64,000 bases of DNA from Neocallimastix sp. 'constans' (lineage: Eukaryota), in the NCBI GenBank assembly GCA_050613775.1, contig JBODTK010000111.1, positions 310,001 to 374,000 of the forward strand, written 5' to 3'. Both the position numbers and the translations under genes were made by a program. Positions 50,621 to 64,000 of this stretch are shown here, in pieces (position 1 is the first letter of the stretch; each line of letters opens with the position of its first letter). The notes below the pieces were generated by a model. It worked only from the letters and a program-made list of their open reading frames with translations, was not told the DNA's origin and searched no databases.

Positions 50621-51300
50621 GAATTTCTTGTTTTTTTGATTGAATTTCATCACCTATTTTATTTTATTGGCTGTAATAGGAGACCTCTTTTTTTTTTTTT
50701 TTTTTTTTTTCCATTACATTTTTAGAGGTCCAGATTCCAGATTATCCTTAATGTGTTCATGCTCATTCCTCCAGTTAAAACTTATAAATAATGAATGTGA
50801 ATTTTTTTTATATTATGAGTAGAAGAGAGGATTGCCTCATGTTCACCCTTTTTTATATTCATTCACATACAAATTCGACTAGATCATTTTAATTTTTTTT
50901 TTTTTCTCTAGGGATGTAAAAATGGTTTCCTAATGAACAACGAATACCACCACCACCTCCCCAAAAAGGAAATTATATTTATTGAAAGTATATATTTATA
51001 TTCTTTAAATTATCATTAGTGAATTGACAGGAATTGTGAATACTTAATATGAAAGCCCTCTCATACCAGAGATTTTCATGTCTGCACTTCTCAGTACTGC
51101 TCTATAATGATGGAGAAATGCATAGGAATTAGATAAAAAAAATTTTAGGAATAAACTATTATCGACTTCTTAAAGATAACTGCAATTAGGATTAATACTT
51201 AAATTAAAAATGAGTAAAGGTCCGTCTCATTTTTCGGAATTCCAACCATTAATAGTTCAGCTAATACAGAGGCCAAAAAATAGTATTGAGTATTCGAGAA
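50270..51300 (-). mobile_element. Decayed LINE remnant (APE N-terminus and linker)
   Basis: Minus strand at about 51255-51225 reads INGWNSEK*D, matching WNINGWSSEKRD of the copy at about 53800. Shares nucleotide blocks with 3180-3620. Broken by poly-T expansions. Confidence 0.65.
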
Positions 51301-51398
51301 GGAATTAACATACAGAAGACTATCAGAAATAGTAGCAATAGTGGGTTAAGAATAATATAATATCTGGTTCTATTATAATTTATACTGGTAATTGTACG

Positions 51399-51400
<2 letters not shown>

Positions 51401-51436
<36 letters not shown>

Positions 51437-51770
51437 GCCGCAATTATTGCGATTTTTGAACTTTATTTATTTATTTATTTATTAATTACATGAATATTTT
51501 TTATTTTTTTATTATAAAAAAAAAAAACACAGAATTAAATAAATAAATAAATAAATATTATTTGTCTAATTAGTACATAATAATATTTAGAATAGTAATG
51601 CGAAATAAATAAAAGTACTATTAAAATAGATTGTACAAATAAATTCAGAAAAAAAAGTTCATAGGCAACGAAACTCACCTCCAAGATGATATAATGATAT
51701 AAAATTTCTGTTTTAAAAGGTATTTCTTATTCTGGATTAAGATTTGAATTAAAAATCTGAAAGAAAAAAA
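51401..51770 (-). repeat. Poly(A)-tailed repeat, probable 5'-truncated LINE 3' end; direct copy of 51870-52170
   Basis: Long poly-T, then AGCCG(C/T)AATTATTGCGA ... AAAGTTCATAGGCAACGAA...CCTCCA, repeated at 51881-52150. A short third CCGCAATTATTG lies at about 54842. Confidence 0.65.
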
Positions 51771-51869
51771 GTACCATAATTACATATCCGTTTAAAAAAA
51801 ATGCATGATAAATATAACATTATAGTACTATATATGAGTGATTCATATGAAGAAATATTAAATATGTGA

Positions 51870-53830
51870 TTTTTTTTTTTACAGCCGTAATTATTGCGAA
51901 CTCTTAACTTTATTTATTTATTCATTTATTAATTTCATGAATATTTTTTTTTTTAATAAAAAAAAAACCACATAATTAATTAAATAAAATAATATTATAT
52001 GTCCAATTAGAACATAATAATATTTTTAAATAGTAATGTGAAATAAAAAGTTAATATTCAAAATAAAATGTATAAATTAATTCAGGAGAAAAAAAGTTCA
52101 TAGGCAACGAACTTCGCCTCCATATTACTTATTCCGGATTACGGTTTGGATTGACTATCTGAAAGGAAAAAAAAAATTATGGTCTTCTTCTTCAGAGGCA
52201 TTGACCCTGCTAATCTGTCTTACTGATTGTATATTCTGCAATGACACTCCAGGTTAGTTTGCACTTATACCGTCGGAAATAGCAATCCTTGTGGAGTACT
52301 AGCTACTAGCCCTATTCATAATGTCTATAAAAGGAACCCACAGATTGCATTAAGAATAGCATTTTTAATAGGAATACCATCAAGTCTAGGAGCATTGCTA
52401 CGCTTCATAGAAAGAACTGTGCTTCTTATATCAGATAGTGAAATAAGATTATTTAAGTTCCAGGTATTTGGATTACGAGGATTATTACGGAAGACATTTG
52501 CGCTATAGTCTTGGTTTAAGCTGTGACCAGTAGAATCAAACGATAAGTCCTTGTGATGTTCAGCTCAACCTTTAAGTTGATCATTAGGATCAAATAATAC
52601 CTGACCAGATTTAGAATTTAACAAGATGAAGGGAAGAAGCTGAATACGCAGGTTTAGAGATTTTTTTGAGACCGCGCTAACCACGACTATAGTCTTTGCT
52701 TATAAAATAGTTACTAGTTTTGACAATATTTGCTTTATAACGATTGGAATGTAAGGTGCTTCTAATCTTTCTCAAAGCTTTACGTAATTTATGATACTGA
52801 GTAAATTGATCTAAATAAGCATCCATCGATGGGCAATCTGAGAAAGGTTTAATATTTTCTTAAGCTAAATGTTTTTCAATTGAAATCTTCTTTACATACT
52901 CTGGGCAGTGGAAAGCAGGGCCTTTAAATTTGGAGGGAATAAAAGCTTTTAATTTCTTTACCAACACTGATTGAAGTACTAATAAATTCGTTAACCATAT
53001 CATCTGCTGAGGTTTCATCAAATTTGGATTCAAGATTACTTGCTAAAACAGAAAAATAATTATGAGATAGTACATTTGCATTCTGAGTATCACAAATATG
53101 TTTTGACAATTTGAAAGTTTTCTTAGGCTTATAAGAACTATATGAAGATTCTTGTTACATGATAAAAAGATAGGATAAAGATCAAAAATATCATTTGCAA
53201 ATGAACAAGCAGAAGATAAATGTACATGAGGAATCATAGCTTTATTATAGATAATATGGTCGATGCAAGAAAATTTGGAACCTTTAGAATAAGTAATACT
53301 ACTACCAGCAAGATTAGCAACAGTCCAGTCAGGGAAATATTTGATAATATACTTCTTTAAGTTTTTCGAAGGGGCATATTAAAATCACCTAAAAGAATAG
53401 CAGGTGAATTTTCCTTATTATGACTACTTAACCATTTTTTCCATTTCAGAGAAAGCATTTAAACTAGCTTCAGGCCATCTATATTGAGGAAAGTAGATAT
53501 TGCTAATAGAACATTTTTGATTCCAAAATGACGTCAGACTAACTTATATAATGTAATTGTAGTTGGCATTTTCAGAAGTATAAGGACAAGAATTATGAAC
53601 ACCAATATATAGATCTCTCATTCCAGGGATTTTTAATTAGAATGAAAAAACAGAATCGTAACTAAAAATAGAAGGAGGGTTCCCTTTAGAGAGGAACTTA
53701 CTATTACCAGTTTCCTGAAAGGCATATACACACAGGTTTAAATACTGAATTCAAATACATAACATCATCTCTCTTTTCAGAACTCCAACCATTTATATTC
53801 CAGCAAGAGCATAAATTGAAGAAAGAAGAG
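51870..53830 (-). mobile_element. Non-LTR retrotransposon (LINE) ORF2 pseudogene: APE endonuclease plus start of RT, internally deleted, with putative poly(A) 3' end
   Basis: Minus-strand motifs in order: SCWNINGW (about 53805), CL/QETG (about 53715), AILLGDFNM (about 53390), SCIDHII (about 53260), DLYPIFL (about 53175), *AEHHKDL (about 52560), NAPRLDGIP (about 52385, cf. KAPGPDGIP). Many stops and frameshifts; no YADD seen. Confidence 0.85.
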
Positions 53831-55420
53831 CTAGAATAAAAATGACATGAATAGAAATCTCTGGGAATACCAAAAAAGGATTTAATTTTTTTAATTCTTT
53901 TAACTTTATTATAATTGAAAATATTTTAAAGTAAGAATTCATATAAAGTAAAAGAATAAAGATACTAAAATATTAACATAATAATCAGTAAAGTAGAAGA
54001 AAGGAAAGAAAAGTACTCAATTCATTCATAAGGAGAAGAAGAAAGTAAAAGAATAAATAAATAAAAAAGAAAATGAAGGATAAAGGAACAGAGAGAAATA
54101 AGAATAAAAAGAAAAAAAGAAATAAAAAGTTATACTTACCTTGCTCAGACAAGACGCTAAATATATATATATATAAAAGGTAAAAAAAAACAAATATAAA
54201 GTATATATAAAAAATATTAAATATAAATATATATTTATATAGATATATAAAAAAATAATAATAAACAAAAAATAAAAAGAAATATAAAAATTAGTAAAGA
54301 AAAAATTAAATAGTTCCAAGATCCTTTATGATAAAAAACTAAAAATAAAAAAAAAAAAACTTTGAATATCAGAAATAAAAATGAAATGAAATAGGTAAAT
54401 TAAATTTCTAAACTCCTACAGATCGAACGTTAATATTAACAATCTATATGAACTATCATTTCTAGTACCAAGGGAAGTACTGATAGTAATACCCCCTCGG
54501 AGACACCATTTTTGGTGATACGTTCCTCAAGGGAGCGTAAGATCCACCAAAATCAAAACTTAAATGAGGGCCATTCAAGGCTGAATAGATTTCTAATATT
54601 TATAAATTTGAAGTTTTCATTATTCGTACCTTTAATTTCTTGGAATTTACCAAAATTAGACCAATAAGTTTCAATGACATCTTTGAATTTAGTGATATTT
54701 ACTGTTTTTGATTATATATAGAATATATATCATATATATGTAAAAACTTCTGGGCTATCGTACAATATATATATATACTATATCTTATGAATTATATATA
54801 TTATTTAAACTTTATAATTTAATTGATATTTTTTTTAACCTCCGCAATTATTGAGAATAAATTTATAAATCTGTTATTATTATTATAATTTCTATCTTTA
54901 ATAAATTCATTTTAATTATTAATAAACACACTATTTTTAATTTTTTTTTTTTAAATTTTTTTTATTTATATTTAATATAAATTTTATTACAATTTAAAAA
55001 ACAAAATTTGATAATAAATATTGTGAAACTAATTAATTTTTTTTTTCATTCCTTTTCCTTTTTTTTTTTTTTCTATGAAAATAAAAAAATACAAATGTAA
55101 TTGATAATGCAATGCAAATTACTAAATTACTAATAATTACATAAAATATTTATATTACAAAAAACTAAAATAAAAAAAAAATATTATTTTAATATTTTTC
55201 TTTTAATATTGAATTATTGAGTTACTTATTGAATAAAAAATATTTTAATTATGCAAATTAAATAATGTAATTGTTTATATTGCCTATTTTTTTTTTTTTT
55301 TTTTTTTCTTTTGCATTCAATTATATTTATATATTAAAAAAAATAAAGAAATTTCCTTACTAATATTTTTTTTTGTTTTGTTTTTCATATTTCATTTTAT
55401 ATATATATTTCTAAAGAAAT

Positions 55421-58400
55421 CTAAATATATAAATAGAAAAGAGTAGAAACAATAATTGAGAGAATGAAGCTGAATCCTTTAACAATTCTTGAAGTAGCTG
55501 CACTTGGACTACATTTTTCTGGATTATTTTCATCTTCAACACATTCAACGTAACCTAAGTTGGCAAGAGAACAGATTTCAGCATTCTTAGTTTCTTCATT
55601 AACAGTAACAAAGTTATTAACACAAACTAAGTCGAATTCACTGTCCTTTTCTTCAACAGTGTAAGTACAGTTAGTGAATACACCAGAAACTGAAGTGATG
55701 TACTTGTTGTTAATGTTGGTAACAGCAGCTGTAGAATTGTTTATGAGTGCAACATTTTCAACGGCACTTCTAATTCTATCTGGGTAAGCTTCACTGAAGG
55801 CAACTGGGTAGTTAATAATGACTCTATCGTCATATTCACAAGTCTTATCGGTGACAAGGTTAAGCATGTATCCTGAACCACAGTAGTAGTACTTTGAGTT
55901 AATGTAGTAGTATTGTCCAATAAGACAGTTCTTCTTAACACATTCAGTGGCTTCTAAGCCTTCGGAATCATAAATACATTGGTAAACTTCTCCACTGACA
56001 GTGAAGTAATAACCATTATTATCAATCTTTTCACATTGATACTTATCTTGGTCACATTCATACATTTCATTGTCAATAGTGTAGTAGTAACCAGTCTTTA
56101 CCTTACCATCAATGGTAGTTCTGTTGTTAGTAACACTGAATCTATTAACATAGACATCATTTGGATCAGTACTAACTAATGCATAACCAGAGGCTTGTGG
56201 AGAGTGCCACTTGCCATCACGGTATCTGAACATGTATTGGCTAATACTATCGTAGTAGTATATATCTTCTTTTGGTTCAATAATCTTGCACTTGGTTTCA
56301 GTACATCCATAGATTCTAACAGAATTGTTTCTGCTATCGAAATCTCTGAGAGTAGCAGTGCTGTTGGTAGATAAGCTAACAACATAGTAAGCAGTATCAA
56401 CAATTCTTTCAGCACTGAAGGCATTCATTGCGTACATGTATTGAGAGAGACCATAAATCTTGGAATTCATAGTATCAGCCTTGTAACATTCACCAGTTTC
56501 ACGAGACTTGATATCGTTTGTAACTAAGACAAGTTCACCCTTGTAGGTAATACAGAATTCTCTACTCTTAATATCACTTCTTGGTGTACATTTGTTGTTT
56601 GCATAAATACAAATAATATCTTTGTCGTAAGCAAAAGTATATGAATCACTGTTTGGATTATATTGAATAATCTTCTTAGTAACATCAGCATAATAGGTAA
56701 TAGTTTCTGGCTTGTCAACAATTGTACAGCTACTATCATTACATTTGAAAAGTTTTACATTTTCATCGTTGTAATTTTCAATATTATTTCCATTAATTAA
56801 TGTGTTACTTTCTACATTGATGAAGTAGTAACCAGTAGATACAATTTGAACAATACTAGTATCAGCTACCTTGTAAATGCTGCTTCCAACGGTGTAGTAA
56901 TTTTCACTGTACTTATCAAGGGCTTCAATACAGTTTGTGGTAGTAGTGGTATAGGTGTAAATGGAAGTAGTACCATCAATAATGTATGGATCAATGACAA
57001 CAGTATCAGTAGCAAAGTAAATGACAGAACGATCACTGTTAGTACAGTAACTACCAGCTGAAATAGCACTGACAGTTGAAGTACTAATAGTTACCTTATT
57101 GTTGATGAAACATTTGTTGTTATTGAAGTTACAAACTGGAATAGATAATAATTCGGAGGTAGTAAGTTCAGCACAACCAGTATTTGAACAACTAATAATG
57201 TTGTAAACAACAGAAGTAGTAGCTCTTCCTAAATTAGAAACTTCATCACCTTCGTCTGGAATACTATCTCTCTTTGAGGAAATAATTTGAGTGGTGGCAC
57301 TACGATAAATACCATTGGTAACACTAATGGCCTTACATGGAGTAACGATACAATTAATAAGAATGTTTGGTGTTTTAGCAACATAATAACCAACACTAGC
57401 ATCCTTAACTTCACAATTTATATTTGATAATGCGGTACATTCAATAATTTTCTTTCCAGAGTCAATATTGGCAGCATTATAATAACCAACGGAAGCATTA
57501 ATAGTGGTACAAGAAACAGCATTTTCACAGAGAATAAGAATACTACTATCATTTGTAATATAGTAACCTTCTGAAGCTTTACTAGTAGCGCAAGTTTTAT
57601 TCTTACATTTAATTATTGGACTTTGAATCTTGTCATTACCGCTATTAAGATAGTAGTGTTCAGACTTCTTTATTCCATTAGAAGATATTTCTTCACAGCT
57701 TGTGGAAGAACTACACTTTATAATTCCTACATTTTCACTTTCTTCTTTCACACCAAGATAATAACCACTGCTTGCAGTACTAGTGTTGCAAGTAACACCG
57801 TTACAGTAAATCAATGGATATGTTGAACTGTCACTTCCGGCGTTCTTATAGTAACTGCTTGAAGTAACAGACACACATTCACCACTTACACAGTGAATAA
57901 CTGGTCTCTTTGAATTACCATTGCTACTGTCAACATAATATCCATCATCTTTAATTTCAATAATTTGACCTTTCGAATTACATTCATAACCTTTTTTATT
58001 TTCTACATCAAGTAAATATGTTCCAACGACACAAGATTTACCAGCACTACATGTTTTTTTAGTTTTATTACAAGTGTATATAGTGGTTTCCGATCCAGGT
58101 GTTCCACTTTCAGTCACCTTATTTTGTGCGTCAACAAATTTAATACCATTTGTAATGACTCTTGCAATGTAATATTTAGAAACTTTGAATAAAGTAGACA
58201 AATTATTAGTAGTAACACTTGGGAATCCTTTATTAGAATCTACTTCGATGTAGTAATATAGGGCATCACCAATTTCATTTGAACTAGCAGCATCAGAATA
58301 TTTATCTTCATCTTCATCTTCATCAGCATTTTGATTAATTAAGAGTTTCAAACTTTCGCCTGGTGCATGTTTATAATTTCCATTAACACTTCCACCATAT

Positions 58401-59677
58401 GCATTACTACTATCTACTGTACATGAATTTTCATTACATACTAATATTTGTTCGTTTCCTTCAGTTACATCAACATAGTAACCTGGTAAAATATCTTTTC
58501 CAATTTTTAATGCTTCACATTTATTATTTGAACATTCAATTAATGGATAACTTGAATTAGTACTACCAGCATTTCTGAAATATCCTTCAAAATTACTAGT
58601 AGTTTTTATTGTACATGTTATATCAATATCCTTTCCAGTGCATGTTATAACACCATAAGTCTCATCTTCTTTATTATATGTAAGATAATATCCATTATTC
58701 TCACCGCTTTGAGATTGACAACTTTTACTGTAGCAATTGATTAATTGATCATTTTCACTATTGACATAATATGAATTAACAGGAGCACTATCAATAGTAC
58801 AACTTGATTCACTTTCACAACTTATAAGAGATTTTGTATCTAATGCACTTATATAATGTTTATCAGCCGCCGCTTGAATTGATTCACATTCAATACTATT
58901 CTGTTTATTTTCACATTTTATTAATGGTTTGTCACCTCCTGCAGAATTTATATAATATCCTTCACTAGCTTCACCATTATTACAACCAGAAGAAGTACAT
59001 TTAATAATTTTATTACTTTTATCTTCTGTTAAATAAACATCACCATCTTTTGATTCTATAATTTTACATTCTTCTTTATCACATAAAATAACACCGTTTT
59101 TTAATGATTTAGATCCGCTATTTAAATTGAAAATTTCACCATCACTTGGTTGTTTTAGAATTTGAAATTTCAAAGTGTTGTCACTATCATACGCATTTAA
59201 ATATACATCACCAACATCATATAAATCTGGTTCTGCAATTTCACTGCAACTGTTTGCGTCGCATTTAATGAGATATGCTACACTAGCATTATTTTCAAAA
59301 CTACTAACTTCTACTATATTACTATTAAAGCATTTATAGATCTCATTACTAAATTTACCTTCTTCATATTTACCTTCACTTGTCTTAGTATATAATTTCT
59401 TATTATCACTACGAATACAAGCATTTTTATCCGTCGATACTTCTTCGGTACTAGCACCTCCGCTCGTAGAAATAGTAACAGTACATTGAGGAAAAGTTGC
59501 ATATGCATATGTTATTGAACATCCTAATAAAGTAAGTCTTTATTTTTTTAATTTAAATATATATATTTAAATATATATTATAAATATAAAGTTTTTTTTT
59601 TTTAACAATAGTTTTTTTTAATTTCTTTTAATTTATATTTAAACTTACAAATTTAATATTTTTGTTTTTGATTTCAT
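55421..59677 (-). CDS. Fungal cellulosome scaffoldin-family Cys-rich surface protein; 2 exons, about 1381 aa
   Basis: Exon 1 59677-59649 (MKSKTKILN; GTAAGT donor) splices to exon 2 59537-55421, giving signal peptide MKSKTKILNLLTLLGCSITYA. Many GYY..(L/I)IxCxxxxC repeats as in anaerobic-fungal non-catalytic scaffoldins. Hydrophobic C-terminus FSFILSIIVSTLFYLYI (TM or GPI). The ORF-track start at 59173 is an internal TTG. Confidence 0.85.
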
Positions 59678-62184
59678 TTTTTTTTTTATTATGTTTGTCT
59701 AAAATTTAATTCATATAATATAATTAATTATAAAATTTATATTATTATTAGTTTCAAAATATATATATATATATATTAATAATTTTATTTTATTTTTATC
59801 ATTATGAAATTTATTCACAACAGCATATATATTTTTCTTTTTTATTTTAATTTTCTAATAATATTCATATTATTTATTTAATATACAATATATTATATTT
59901 ACATACTAATTATTCAAACTTTAATAATAAGAAAACTTATTTAAGAAAAAATATATATTTAATGTTTCTTTTTTTTTTTTTTATTTTCTACTAAATATTA
60001 TATACTGTTTTTTAAATTTTTCTTTATATTACACCATTTATTTTTATATAATAAACATATAATTATAATTTATTATATAAAAATAAAATGAATTATAAAA
60101 AAAATGAAAGAGAAATATTTTGCTTTTTATTTCAATGAAAATTGAAAGTATGAATGAAAATTAAAATTAATCTATATACGAAATAAAGTTTTTTTTGATT
60201 TTAAAGTTTTTTTTTTTTTTTTTTTTTTTTTTTTATTTAATTTTATTTATTTTTTTAAAAAAATTTTATTATATTTTGATAGTAATATTTAAAATATTTT
60301 ATAAAAACTAAAATATATTAATATTATTTTTTTTAAAAATTTTTTTAAATTTTTTTTCTTTTTAAAATTTTTTTTTTAATTGTTTTTTAAATTTTTTTTA
60401 TTTTGTTATTTTTTTTAAAAAAAAAAAAATATAAAAAATAAAAATATACATTTTTTATATAAATAAAAATCTTTAATTAATTTATTAATTAAAATTAATA
60501 TTTAATTAATAAAATTTTATTTTTTTTTTATATTTTATTTTTTTAAAATAGTAATTTTTTTTTTTAAAAAAGATTGTATAAAGTTATATATGAAAATAAG
60601 TTTTTATTTTTATTATAAAATAATAATTTTAAACAAGCAAAAAAATTCATAAATAAAAATAAAAGAAAAAAATTTTATATAAAAATTTTTTTTATAAATA
60701 TACAATAAATAAATAATTGAATAAAAATTATTTTAAATTAAAATTATAGAAAAATTGATAATAATATCGGAAAATAAATCAAATATATACATTATATAAT
60801 AAAACATTAATGATATAATAAAAAAAGTATTTATTATAACAGTACCATATGTTTAAGTTTTTTAAAAACGAGGTAAGAATTAGATTTTATTTTATATTAT
60901 TAATTTTCTTTTTTTTTTTATATATATATATATAACTTATAAAATTGTTAATGAACATAATACTAAAAAATATTGAAGCAAAATAAAATATAAAATAATA
61001 ATTTTTTATATCACATCTACAAGTAAATTTGAAAATATTACAATAATTAATATATATAAATAAAAATAAAATGAAATCATTAAAAACTTTTATTAAATAA
61101 TTGCAAAGTTTGATGTATAATATAAAATTATTAACTATTATTTATTTAAAGAATTTAAAACATTCAGATTATATTAAACTTATAAAAAGAAAATAAATAT
61201 ATATAAATACATATTTTTGCTTAAAATAAATATAAATATTATTAAATATCTCTAAAAAATTATAAACATAATCGGATTTTTTTTAAATATATACAAATAT
61301 ATATGTAATGAATAAATATAAACAGTTGTTTATATTTAAAAAAAATTATATTTTTATATTTTTATAATACATAATTAATAACTAAGATTAATGAAAAAAA
61401 AAAAAAAAAAAAAAAAAAACTTTCAACCTTAATTACTTTATATGAAAAAATCATGACCTTTCTACTTTTTTAAAAAAAAATTTTTTTATTATTTCCAATA
61501 ATAATTAAACAAGAATTATTATATGGTCTAAGTACATATTTTTAGTATTTATTAATTTTGTAATTTTTTTTAAAAAAAAGAAGATATACATTATATATAT
61601 ATATTTTGTAGAATGGAGATGTTTAATTTTATTTATTAATATTATTATTATAATTTAGAATTAAATAAGATTATTAATTCAGATTAGCATATATTTAATT
61701 GAAGTTTATATATTATATGATATGTAATTGTTAATGTAAACAGATACTTTAAATATTACTTTTAAATATATATATGTAGTAAAAAAATGAAATATTAATG
61801 ATAAATAATTAAATATATATATGAATATTATAAAAAAATTATTTTACTAGTGGTTCTTAGAAGCTATTTCATTTATTATTTTAATAGAAATTAATAAAAA
61901 TACTAGTAAAAATATTCTATTTATTTAAAGGTATTAAAATCAATAATTTATATAATTTCTTCTTTTTTTACTGAATTTTAAAATCATTCAATTATTATGT
62001 TAATTAAAGTTATTAAACTTTAACCAATTTTAATATATTATAACTTGATATATAAAATTTAATATAAATTTTAATATAGGAAATTTATATTTTTTAATAA
62101 ATAACATATTAAAATTTAACATAAAAAAAAAATTTAATATTATACATAATTGTTTAGTATTTAATAAAAAATTTAATAATATTA

Positions 62185-62503
62185 ATAATAAATAATAAAT
62201 AATAAATAATAAATAATAAATAATAAATAATAAATAATAAATAATAAATAATAAATAATAAATAATAAATAATAAATAATAGATAATAAATAATAAATAA
62301 TAAATAATAATCAATAAATAATAAATAATAAATATTTAAATAATAAATAATTAAATAATTAAATAATAAATAAAAAATAAAAAAATAATAAATAATAAAT
62401 AATAAATAATAAATAATAAATAATAAATAATAAATAATAAATAATAAATAATAAATAATAAATAATGAATAATAAATAATAAATAATAAATAATAAATAA
62501 TAA
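62185..62503. repeat. (AATAAAT)n heptanucleotide repeat
   Basis: Directly visible; source of the IIYYLLF ORF. Confidence 0.93.
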
Positions 62504-63709
62504 ACTTAAGATGTTAATAAATATATCTTTATTTATTTATATATAATAAATATTTGATTCGTGATTAAATATGTTTTATATAAATAATAAAATAAAGATA
62601 ATAAATAATTATTGATTTCGAAAAAAAAAAAAAAAAACTATTAAATAATATTTTAAATTAATTTTGTATATTATTGACAGTTACCTATAACATTCACTTA
62701 TTAAATTAATACAAATTGAAAAAATATATATATACATATATAAAGATACTGATGGACTTAGGAATTTGGGAAATTCAGAACTGGAAATTAACTAAGATAT
62801 AAGCTATGAAGATTATTTCTTTGTTAATTTTATTATATAACTTTAAAATTTTTCAAATAAATAATTTAAATATATTCATACTTTGCTTTCATTTAACCTC
62901 TTGTAAATTATATTAACAATATTATTTTAATAGTTTATATTTTTATATAAACTATTAAAATAATATTGTTAATATAAAATATATTGTTTTATAGTCATGA
63001 TATTAAGTTTTAATATTTATTATTAATATGAAGAGTAAAAATTCAGAAAGTTCTTCAATAATTATTATTTATATTTAATACTATAAAAATGGTACTATGT
63101 AAAATAATTTAAATAAAAATTTTGATTTTTTAAAATATATAAAATAAATGAATTTTTTATTTTTTTTTTATTTATTTTTTTTTCTATTTATTATTATTTT
63201 TTTTTTTTTAAAATAAATAATTGATTTAATCATAATTTGTTCATAATTTATCTAATAAATATTGAAAAAATATGATTTATTAAATGAATAAAATCCATAT
63301 ATTTGTTATTAATATATTTTATTATTCCATAAAAGCTATATATATATATATATATAAGAAGAAAAAATAAAAATAAAAAATTATTAATTTATTACATTAT
63401 ATAACATTATTTAATATTTTAATTTTAAATTTTAAATTTTTTGATTATAAATAATTATATATAATATGTATAATGAAAATTAAAATTATTTGTATGTAAT
63501 GAACTATTTTTTAATAAATAATATAATAATTAAAAGTGATTAACTTTGAAATAAAAAAAAAAGAAAATATACTAATTCATCATTTTTCTTATTTTTCTTG
63601 TTACTATAATTAAATTGATAAAAAAATGGTATAAATATAAAGTAATATTACTTTATTGTTACTAAAATTATATATGTATATATATATGCAAAAAAAAAAA
63701 AAAAATAAA

Positions 63710-63952
63710 ATGAAAGATATAAGATATGATTTATTAGAAATATTAGAATTTTTACTTAATAAATCTATTGAAAGAAATGATAATTATAATTTAAAAGACA
63801 ATGTGAAACATTTAAAATTATTGAACATAGAAAAAGATTTAAATAATTTTATATTAAATACAAAAATCAATGGTAAGTTCGATAATATTGATATGCAAAT
63901 ATCTGTAATATATTTTTTTTTTATTAATTTAGGTGATAAATTACTGTATTAA
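63710..63952 (+). CDS. Possible first exon(s) of a hypothetical protein
   Basis: AAAATG context, charged non-repetitive translation MKDIRYDLLEILEFLLNKSIERND..., canonical GTAAGT donor at 63873. No recognisable domain. Confidence 0.25.
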   Translation: MKDIRYDLLEILEFLLNKSIERNDNYNLKDNVKHLKLLNIEKDLNNFILNTKINGKFDNIDMQISVIYFFFINLGDKLLY

Positions 63953-64000
63953 TTAGTTATATAATTTATATTTAAAGATGAATATATTAAAGTAATGGTT

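Noticed and set aside
55741..57826. Several 60-82 aa ORFs within the scaffoldin
   Set aside because: Shadow frames caused by codon bias; no independent features.

Overview
Extremely AT-rich, intron-containing eukaryotic DNA full of homopolymers and microsatellites. Gene content (fungal scaffoldin-family protein, intronless squalene-tetrahymanol/hopene cyclase) points to an anaerobic gut fungus (Neocallimastigomycota); this taxon is inferred, not proven. Left to right: the 5' end of a secreted LRR gene running off the left edge (-); a decayed LINE; a 22-exon, about 726-aa secreted and probably GPI-anchored LRR protein (5981-11322, +) with two tandem [Cys cap-LRRs-EGF-like] modules and 17 symmetric one-repeat exons; a 3-exon ERI-1-family DEDDh exonuclease (12475-13374, +) facing its own pseudogenised inverted copy across a spacer with a probable Tc1 relic; an intronless squalene cyclase (27982-30183, -) isolated in long gene-free DNA; a cluster of decayed LINEs (about 50.3-54.9 kb); and a 1381-aa scaffoldin-like protein (55421-59677, -). 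Most short ORFs in the supplied track are microsatellite artefacts. All exon models were read by eye.
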